From positions 1-22,304 of the forward strand of contig JBDRHP010000061.1 in the NCBI GenBank assembly GCA_043816785.1: a stretch of 22,304 nt of DNA, read 5' to 3'. Below are positions 1 to 6,332 of the stretch, one piece after another. The DNA is from Candidatus Margulisiibacteriota bacterium. GTDB taxonomy: Bacteria; Margulisbacteria; WOR-1; O2-12-FULL-45-9. Position numbers and translations under genes: made by a program. Numbering within the stretch: position 1 is the first letter of the stretch; every line of letters begins with the position of its first letter. A model generated the notes under the pieces. That model was not told the origin of the DNA. It ran no database searches and was given only the letters and a program-made list of their open reading frames with translations.

Positions 1-2
1 TG

Positions 3-434
3 ACTGGAACACTTTTATCCGGCAATGGATCGCTTATAGGCCTCGCTGGAAATATCATTTTTTCCGACCCCTGGCTTTTGGGAGAAAAGATCGGCTTAGC
101 CGAAGACGCGGTTGAATACAAGCTTGGGCTGGGGTTCGGCCTAGGCAGCAATTTTAAAACTATTTGCTTAACTTCTGACATGCTGGTTTATTTAAAAGAA
201 GGCTCCCTTTTTGGCCTGGATCCATATATTGGCACTGCCTTGATTTATAATCTTTATGGCACAGGGAGAGTCGGCGGCGGACTGGGCGGGAACATTTACC
301 TGGGGATACTCACAGACTTTGGTTTTGCAGCAGGCAAAACAGGCATTGCTCTTGGCTACGGCAGCTATAGCGTCGCCAATAATCTCTCAGCCAGCGGGAT
401 ACAAATAGCAGTTAGTCAGCCGATAAAATTATAA
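3..434 (+). CDS. Hypothetical protein, 5'-truncated by the window edge; Gly/aromatic-rich, possibly a small outer-membrane beta-barrel
   Basis: The frame of ORF 78..434 is open back to position 3 (TGTLLSGNGSLIGLAGNIIFSDPWLL...). Alternating hydrophobic/Gly strands (YKLGLGF, PYIGTALIY, IYLGILTDF, IALGYGSY). Its stop overlaps the convergent SDR gene. Confidence 0.55.
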   Translation, partial: TGTLLSGNGSLIGLAGNIIFSDPWLLGEKIGLAEDAVEYKLGLGFGLGSNFKTICLTSDMLVYLKEGSLFGLDPYIGTALIYNLYGTGRVGGGLGGNIYLGILTDFGFAAGKTGIALGYGSYSVANNLSASGIQIAVSQPIKL

Positions 435-1349
435 GGCCAGATTTTTCAAGATATTTGGGATAGTTTTGTTCTGCGAGGCTAAACCAAAAGACTCAGCACT
501 AACCACCTGATGCTGGAACTTCTTCTTGTCCAGGCAATACCTGTCCCACTCATTCAAGTTTTTGCGCGACAGCGCGGCTGCCGCCTTTACAAACTCGGCT
601 GAGATCCTGAGGCGAAAATAGATTTTCTTATGGTGATAGGCGCAGATCTCATTGATCAACTCGTCCGCGCTGATCAAAGCGTTACCCAATACATATTCTT
701 TTTTTGCCCCATCGTTCCCCAATAAATAGTCAACAATTAAAGCAATGTCAGCCGCGTGGATAAAATGGAAACTCAACTCAAAACTAAAGAATCTAAGCAG
801 CCAGAGCCATTTTCCCGCACCAACAATCCCCTCCATTGCGTGTGAATAAGGGTGGTCAGCATCTCCACCCAAAACCCAGGTAGGAAATAAAGTTATTATC
901 TTGTTGTAGACTGGCAACTCTGGAAGCTTTTTGAACATTCGATACTTGCTTTCAATATAACAGGTGCCGAATTGTTCCGCCTGTTGCATGGGTCTATTAT
1001 TTGAGTCAAGAATACTAGCCGTGGAAAAATAAATGATTTTTTTAATCCGATCAGGGTTTAAAGATTCTAACAAGTCCAAGGTGTAATCATAATTAGTCTC
1101 ACTGTTGCCCCACCCGGCCGCCGCGTGCATCACACAATCCATCTGTTTTAATAATTCTTCATGCTTTTTGATGTTGCTGAGATCATCCTGGATTATTTTG
1201 ACATTCGGATATTTAGACAGGTCTCGCTTCAACCGCTGGGGATCGCGGACTAACAGATAAAGTTCGTACTCGGGATTTTTTACCAGCAGGTCAAAAACAT
1301 AATGCCCAACACAGCCTGTTATTCCGGTGATGAAAACATTGCTTTTCAT
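429..1349 (-). CDS. NAD(P)-dependent epimerase/dehydratase (extended SDR family)
   Basis: N-terminal FITGITGCVG Rossmann motif, HAAA, YFSTAS and YxxxK (YIESK). Start placed at ATG 1349 (MKSNVFITG) rather than TTG 1361. Confidence 0.85.
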   Translation of the reverse strand: MKSNVFITGITGCVGHYVFDLLVKNPEYELYLLVRDPQRLKRDLSKYPNVKIIQDDLSNIKKHEELLKQMDCVMHAAAGWGNSETNYDYTLDLLESLNPDRIKKIIYFSTASILDSNNRPMQQAEQFGTCYIESKYRMFKKLPELPVYNKIITLFPTWVLGGDADHPYSHAMEGIVGAGKWLWLLRFFSFELSFHFIHAADIALIVDYLLGNDGAKKEYVLGNALISADELINEICAYHHKKIYFRLRISAEFVKAAAALSRKNLNEWDRYCLDKKKFQHQVVSAESFGLASQNKTIPNILKNLAL

Positions 1350-1360
1350 ATACGAGGACA

Positions 1361-1389
1361 ATTATGCCACGCTCTCGGCCAATCGTAAA
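1361..1389 (-). promoter_or_regulatory. Putative sigma70 promoter of the SDR gene
   Basis: TTTACG-17 bp-CATAAT with extended -10 TG, ending 11 nt before ATG 1349. Confidence 0.45.
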
Positions 1390-1404
1390 GAAGGTAAAGC
1401 CAAA

Positions 1405-4400
1405 CTATTTATGATAGTCCTGCAGCGCCTTAACCGTAAACCCCTTTTTCTTGACCGACTCCAGGCCATTAACAGTGGCGCGGGTGCCGGATAAAGTGGT
1501 CACGATCGGAATCATGTGCATTATAGCACCGGAGCGTATCTTAGTCTCATCCACCTTGGTCTTTTTATCTCCCGGTGTATTGATCAAAAGCTTGACCTCG
1601 CCGTTCTTGACCAGATCCAGGACATCCGGCCGGCCTTCGCCCAATTTGGCCACTGCCTCAACCTCCAGACCGTTCTTACGCAAAACTTCTGCAGTACCTG
1701 AGGTGGAGACGATCTGATAACCCAAAGCCGCAAGGCGCTTGGCTAACCCAACGATCTTGCGTTTGTCACGGTCATTGACCGAAACAAAAACCTTTCCCTC
1801 CAGGGGGATCTTCTGGCCGGCCGCGATCTGGGCCTTCATGTAGGCAACGCCAAAATCCGCATCGATTCCCATGACCTCACCCGTCGATTTCATCTCCGGC
1901 CCGAGCACCGGGTCAACCCCTGGAAAACGATTAAAAGGAAAGACTGCTTCTTTAACTGAAAAGTGCTCTGGAACAATTTCTTTCTCAACGCCTAATTCCT
2001 TAAATGATCTTCCAAGCATTACTTTTGTCGCAATGGTCGCCCAGGGCACACCAGTTGCTTTGCTGACATAAGGAGCAGTACGCGAAGCACGAGGGTTAAC
2101 TTCCAGCACATACAGTTTGCTGTCCTTGACCGCATATTGGATATTCATCAACCCCTTGACCTTCAGCTCCTTGGCCAGCGCCTGGGTCGCTTTTCTGATC
2201 TCTTCCAAAATGGTTTTAGAGAGAGAAAAGGTTGGGATAACGCAGGCCGAATCTCCGGAATGGATACCGGCTTCCTCAATATGCTCCATGATCCCACAAA
2301 TAACAGTTTTCTTGCCGTCAGAAACCGCATCAACGTCAATTTCGATCGCGTCATCCAGAAACTTATCTACCAGGATCGGCTTTTCCGGGGAAGCGATGAC
2401 CGCTTTCTGCATGTATTCTTCCAGGTCGCCTTCATCATAGACTATGACCATGGCCCGGCCGCCCAAAACATAAGAAGGACGCACCACTGCCGGATAACCA
2501 ATGCGTTTAGCGATCTTCTTGGCTTCGGCAAAAGAAGTGGCAGTCCCGTTAGCCGGCTGGGTCAGTTTAAGTTTCTTAAGCAGGGACTTAAAACGCTTGC
2601 GATCTTCCGCCCGGTCAATTGAATCGACCGAGGTCCCCAAGATCGGCACTCCAGCATCCTCCAGCTGGCGAGCCAGGTTAAGCGGTGTTTGGCCGCCAAA
2701 TTGAACAATAACGCCTTCTGGTTTTTCCTTCTCAACGATATGCAGAACATCTTCGCGGGTCAGTGGCTCAAAGTATAAACGATCAGAAGTGTCAAAATCA
2801 GTTGAAACTGTTTCTGGGTTAGAGTTAACCATTATCGATTCGTAACCTTCTTCTTTGATGGCGAACGAAGCGTGACAGCAGCAATAATCAAATTCAATGC
2901 CCTGCCCAATCCGGTTGGGCCCGCCACCCAGGACCATGATCTTTTTCTTGTCCGTGGCCCGGCATTCATCTTGGGAATTATCATAAGTCGAGTAGAAATA
3001 TGGTTTCATCGGGTCAAATTCACCTCCACAGGTATCCACCAGTTTATAAACCGGGGTGATTCCTTTTTTCTTGCGATGATCGTAGACCGCGACCTCGTCG
3101 CTGCCGATGAGATAGGCGATCTGGATATCGGAAAACCCGAGGCCCTTAGCATCCTTCAGCAATTTATCCGGTATATCAGCCAGCTTATGCTTGGCGACCT
3201 TCTCTTCCATTTCAAAGATCTCGCGCATCTGATTAATGAACCACGGGTCGATATTAGAAAGATCATGGATCTCTTGATCGCTCATGCCATTCTTGATCGC
3301 GTAACGCAGCCAGAAGATGCGGTCGGCGTTGGGATAGACCAGCTTCTGCTTGACCAGTTCTGCATCACCTGAAAGCTCTGGCGGAACATCCCGGCCATCC
3401 GCTCCTAATCCATATCGACGATATTCAAGTGAACGGATACCTTTTTGCAAAGATTCTTTATAATTGCGGCCAATTGACATGGCTTCACCCACAGCCTTCA
3501 TGGAAGTGGACAGGATCGGGTCAGCCTCCGGAAATTTTTCAAAAGTAAAACGACAAACCTTGAACACACAATAGTCAACTGTCGGCTCAAAGAACGTGTA
3601 GGTCTTGCCGGTCACCTGGTTGACGATCTCATCCAGCGACAGACCAATGGCTAATTTAGCCGCGACCCGGGCAATAGGAAAACCGGTCGCTTTTGAAGCT
3701 AAGGCTGAAGAGCGTGAGACACGCGGATTAATTTCAATAATTACTACTTTGCCATCATCAGGATTAACCGCAAATTGAATATTGGTGCCGCCGCCATTGA
3801 TCCCCACCGCCCGGATGATCTTCTTACACCAGTTCTCCAGGTCAACAAACTCTTCAGTGGTTAAAGTCTGGGCCGGAGCAACAACGATCGAATCCCCGGT
3901 ATGCACACCCATTGGATCGATATTTTCCATTGAGGTCACGATAACTACGTTATCCTTGCAGTCACGGATCACCTCAAACTCGACTTCTTTCCAGCCCAAC
4001 ACTGATTGCTCGACTAAAACTTGTTTGAGAGGGGAAACATCCAGCGCCAGCTCCAGTCCAGCCTTCAATTCATCAATATTATATGCGCAGGAGCCGCCCG
4101 CCCCGCCCATGGTAAAAGCAGGCCGCAAGATTATCGGAAAACCGATCTTTTCTCCCAGCACTAAGCCTTCTTCAACGCTAGTCGCAATACCTGACTCAGG
4201 CACAGCCATGCCAATGCTAGCCATGGTCTCTTTGAACTTTTTTCTGTCCTCGGCCCGCTCGATCGCCTTGGCATCTGCGCCAATGATCTCTACCCCATAT
4301 TTTTGCAAGATGCCTGCCTTGGATAAGAAAAAGCCCATATTAAGACCAGTCTGCCCGCCCAAGGTAGGCAGCAAAGCATCCGGTCTTTCCTTGGCAATTA

Positions 4401-4629
4401 TCTTTTCGATAAATTCCGGATCCAGGGGTTCAATATAAGTATGATCAGCCATGCCTGGATCGGTCATAATGGTGGCTGGATTGGAATTGATCAGGACTGT
4501 TTCGTAGCCTTCCTCTCTCAAAGCTTTACAAGCCTGTGACCCGGAGTAGTCAAACTCACAGGCAGAACCAATAATGATCGGTCCGGAGCTGATGATCAGG
4601 ATCTTTTTAATGTCTGTTCGTTTTGGCAT
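1405..4629 (-). CDS. carB: Carbamoyl-phosphate synthase large subunit
   Basis: 1074 aa. MPKRTDIKKIL...ACEFDYSG; two ATP-grasp halves (GVHTGDS, EINPRVSRSSALASKATG; GPNRIGQGIEFDY, GIHSGDS, EVNPRASRT); C-terminal MGS-like domain. RBS GGAGGGG upstream of the ATG. Confidence 0.98.
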   Translation of the reverse strand: MPKRTDIKKILIISSGPIIIGSACEFDYSGSQACKALREEGYETVLINSNPATIMTDPGMADHTYIEPLDPEFIEKIIAKERPDALLPTLGGQTGLNMGFFLSKAGILQKYGVEIIGADAKAIERAEDRKKFKETMASIGMAVPESGIATSVEEGLVLGEKIGFPIILRPAFTMGGAGGSCAYNIDELKAGLELALDVSPLKQVLVEQSVLGWKEVEFEVIRDCKDNVVIVTSMENIDPMGVHTGDSIVVAPAQTLTTEEFVDLENWCKKIIRAVGINGGGTNIQFAVNPDDGKVVIIEINPRVSRSSALASKATGFPIARVAAKLAIGLSLDEIVNQVTGKTYTFFEPTVDYCVFKVCRFTFEKFPEADPILSTSMKAVGEAMSIGRNYKESLQKGIRSLEYRRYGLGADGRDVPPELSGDAELVKQKLVYPNADRIFWLRYAIKNGMSDQEIHDLSNIDPWFINQMREIFEMEEKVAKHKLADIPDKLLKDAKGLGFSDIQIAYLIGSDEVAVYDHRKKKGITPVYKLVDTCGGEFDPMKPYFYSTYDNSQDECRATDKKKIMVLGGGPNRIGQGIEFDYCCCHASFAIKEEGYESIMVNSNPETVSTDFDTSDRLYFEPLTREDVLHIVEKEKPEGVIVQFGGQTPLNLARQLEDAGVPILGTSVDSIDRAEDRKRFKSLLKKLKLTQPANGTATSFAEAKKIAKRIGYPAVVRPSYVLGGRAMVIVYDEGDLEEYMQKAVIASPEKPILVDKFLDDAIEIDVDAVSDGKKTVICGIMEHIEEAGIHSGDSACVIPTFSLSKTILEEIRKATQALAKELKVKGLMNIQYAVKDSKLYVLEVNPRASRTAPYVSKATGVPWATIATKVMLGRSFKELGVEKEIVPEHFSVKEAVFPFNRFPGVDPVLGPEMKSTGEVMGIDADFGVAYMKAQIAAGQKIPLEGKVFVSVNDRDKRKIVGLAKRLAALGYQIVSTSGTAEVLRKNGLEVEAVAKLGEGRPDVLDLVKNGEVKLLINTPGDKKTKVDETKIRSGAIMHMIPIVTTLSGTRATVNGLESVKKKGFTVKALQDYHK

Positions 4630-4640
4630 GATTTCCCCTC

Positions 4641-5657
4641 CTATACCTTTTTATATCCCGGATCAAGTTTGCCTCGTTCATCGATCGGAAAATATAACGC
4701 GGCAACACAGCTGCCGTCCTTGGATTGGATTTTTTCGATCGTCTTGTCATTGAGATTGACGTGAACAACCTTTACTCCGCTGGGAACGGCTGTGATCCCG
4801 TAGCTGTGGTTTTGCACTGAGATCTCGCCCCTGCCGGTCTTGGTGTCAACCACGGGGTGGTTGACACCGTGGTGTCCGACCTTCATGCGGTCAACCGTGC
4901 ACCCAAGGGCCATGGCCAGGACACAGGCACCGTTCTGGATACCGTAGATAGAAACCTTGCCAATCAGCTTTTTGATCTCTTCGACCAGACCGGTCAGCTT
5001 TCTGGGATCACCCGGCCCGCTGGAGATGACCACCTGTTCCGGCTTCTTTTCAAGTATTTTTTCAGCTGTAACATTATGAGGAACCACTTTAGCCCCGGCG
5101 AACTTGGACAGCGTACTATTATTAACCCCCAGGTTGATGATAACAGTAGTTGTTCCGGGTTTGGCCTTGGGGCCTTCCATGCCAGAGGTTGTTTCCGCTA
5201 CCAGATCCGGAAGCTTATAGCCTTTTGCTTTGTTTACAAGACTTTCCTTATTAAAATCTTCAGTGGAAACGATACCTCTCATTTCCCCGTTGTCGCGGAT
5301 ATGGATAGTCAAGGCGCGGGTATCGATGCCTTCGATACCAATGACCTTGTTCTTTTTCATAAAATCATCAAGAGAACCCTTGGCCTGCCAGTTGCTGTAA
5401 ACCTTGCTGTATTCCTTAACCACAAAAGCCGAAGCATGGGCTTTATCAGACTCATTGCTGCGGTCATTGATCCCGGCATTGCCAACATGAGGATAGCCTA
5501 TGGCAAGGATCTGCTTAGCATAAGCCGGATCAGTCATAATCTCCTGAAAACCAACTACCTGGGTGTTAAAAACAACTTCCCCGGCCACTTCTCCTTCTGC
5601 CCCAAAAGAAACCCCTTCAAACATCGTTCCGTCTTCCAACGCTAAAACTGCTTTCAT
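4641..5657 (-). CDS. carA: Carbamoyl-phosphate synthase small subunit homolog with degenerate glutaminase active site
   Basis: MKAVLALEDG, GEVVFNT, TDPAY, GIDTRALT, SSGPGDP, GHHGVNHPV, QNHSY. Start at ATG 5657 with RBS AGGGAGG (338 aa). The catalytic motifs GICLG and HPE read GIQNG and FPI. Confidence 0.93.
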   Translation of the reverse strand: MKAVLALEDGTMFEGVSFGAEGEVAGEVVFNTQVVGFQEIMTDPAYAKQILAIGYPHVGNAGINDRSNESDKAHASAFVVKEYSKVYSNWQAKGSLDDFMKKNKVIGIEGIDTRALTIHIRDNGEMRGIVSTEDFNKESLVNKAKGYKLPDLVAETTSGMEGPKAKPGTTTVIINLGVNNSTLSKFAGAKVVPHNVTAEKILEKKPEQVVISSGPGDPRKLTGLVEEIKKLIGKVSIYGIQNGACVLAMALGCTVDRMKVGHHGVNHPVVDTKTGRGEISVQNHSYGITAVPSGVKVVHVNLNDKTIEKIQSKDGSCVAALYFPIDERGKLDPGYKKV

Positions 5658-5678
5658 GTTCTTCCTCCCTATTTTGGC

Positions 5679-5698
5679 CCTGCCTGCCGGCAGGCAGG
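5679..5698. repeat. Perfect 20-bp GC-rich palindrome (REP-like) CCTGCCTGCCGGCAGGCAGG
   Basis: The sequence equals its own reverse complement; it lies between the leader terminator and the carA RBS. Confidence 0.8.
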
Positions 5699-5699
5699 C

Positions 5700-5728
5700 A
5701 AAAAAAAACGCCCCTTTCGGGCGTCTTT
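5700..5728 (-). terminator. Intrinsic terminator/attenuator in the carAB leader
   Basis: Minus strand AAAGACGCCC-GAAAG-GGGCG followed by a run of 9 T; lies between the promoter and the carA start. Confidence 0.85.
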
Positions 5729-5731
5729 GCC
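5720..5731 (-). promoter_or_regulatory. Candidate ANTAR-binding RNA hairpin overlapping the terminator 5' arm
   Basis: GGC-AAAGAC-GCC: 3-bp stem and hexaloop with A at position 1 and G at position 4; mutually exclusive with the terminator stem; ANTAR gene adjacent. Confidence 0.65.
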
Positions 5732-5744
5732 ATTTAACATATAA

Positions 5745-5773
5745 ATTATACCAAAAACTCAAGCCCTTGTCAA
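5745..5773 (-). promoter_or_regulatory. Consensus sigma70 promoter of carAB
   Basis: TTGACA (5773-5768), 17 bp spacer, TATAAT (5750-5745), with extended -10 TG. Confidence 0.9.
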
Positions 5774-5774
5774 A

Positions 5775-6197
5775 CTAAAGCTCATAAGCAGAAAGGATCG
5801 AGTGCGCGATATCGCGCATAGAGCGGCCGGAATCCATGCTCTGTTCCTGGAGTTTTCGGTAAGCCTCAGTAGGCAGAATATCGAACTGAGCGATTAAGAT
5901 TTCCTTAGCGCGTTCAATAATCCTGCGGTCATCCAAAGCCTTTTGCAATTCCCCAACCTTCTTGCGTAATTTCCAGTTTTCTCGACGTATCTGATCATTG
6001 CTTCGCTTATCAGTTAATTTATAAATAGTTGCCCGAGCCTTACCTTCTTTTTTGATCAGACCTTGTTTAATAAGAGGTGCTATGAGCTGATTGATCCTGG
6101 CACGGGTCAAAGCTAAAGACTGCTGAAGCTCTTTTGTGCAAAGACTCGGATGCTGGGCCAATAATTTTAGAATTTGTTCCTGACGACTGTTCAGCAT
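5775..6197 (-). CDS. Winged-helix HTH + coiled coil + ANTAR domain regulator
   Basis: N-terminal LNSRQEQILKLL...ELQQSLALTRARINQLIAPLIKQGLIKKEGKARATIYKL (wHTH). C-terminal LQKALDDRRIIERAKEILI...EAYRKLQEQSMDSGRSMRDIAHSIL (ANTAR signature). Confidence 0.88.
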   Translation of the reverse strand: MLNSRQEQILKLLAQHPSLCTKELQQSLALTRARINQLIAPLIKQGLIKKEGKARATIYKLTDKRSNDQIRRENWKLRKKVGELQKALDDRRIIERAKEILIAQFDILPTEAYRKLQEQSMDSGRSMRDIAHSILSAYEL

Positions 6198-6203
6198 GCG
6201 CCA

Positions 6204-6232
6204 ATTATATCAATTTATCCCGAGCTTGTCTA
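6204..6232 (-). promoter_or_regulatory. sigma70 promoter of the wHTH-ANTAR gene, probably giving a leaderless mRNA
   Basis: TAGACA-17 bp-TATAAT with extended -10 TG; only 6 nt between the -10 and ATG 6197; no SD. Confidence 0.75.
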
Positions 6233-6235
6233 GGG

Positions 6236-6257
6236 AATCGTCAAGAAATCGTCAAGA
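6236..6257. repeat. Perfect 11-bp tandem direct repeat (AATCGTCAAGA x2), candidate operator
   Basis: 6236-6246 and 6247-6257 are identical; 3 bp upstream of the -35 of the regulator gene. Confidence 0.7.
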
Positions 6258-6261
6258 AAGA

Positions 6262-6321
6262 TTATTTCGCTAAATCTTGCAATATCTTCTTTAACTCCTG
6301 CAGCCGGTCACCAAAAGCACC
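6262..6321 (-). repeat. Displaced duplicate of the last 60 bp of the UPF0182 gene (att-like scar)
   Basis: 52/60 nt identical to 8804-8863; both copies encode GAFGDRLQELKKILQDLAK*. Confidence 0.92.
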
Positions 6322-6332
6322 CAGTCATTTTT

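Noticed and set aside
1451..5645. Numerous plus-strand and alternative-frame ORFs within carB and carA (up to 262 aa)
   Set aside because: Shadow ORFs of well-conserved genes with no recognisable motifs
5700..5745. PyrR-type attenuator, leader peptide or riboswitch for carAB
   Set aside because: No PyrR binding-loop consensus is visible, and only about 10 nt separate the likely transcription start from the terminator, too short for an aptamer or leader peptide
5732..5746. ATTTA-N5-TAAAT palindrome as the first ANTAR hairpin
   Set aside because: AT-only stem with a 5-nt loop lacking the A1/G4 pattern, and it overlaps the -10 and start site; it could be a weak operator but is unsupported
5658..5762. 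35-aa N-terminal extension of CarA given by the ORF track (MSFWYNL...ACLPAGR...)
   Set aside because: It runs through the promoter, terminator and palindrome; homology and the RBS begin at ATG 5657
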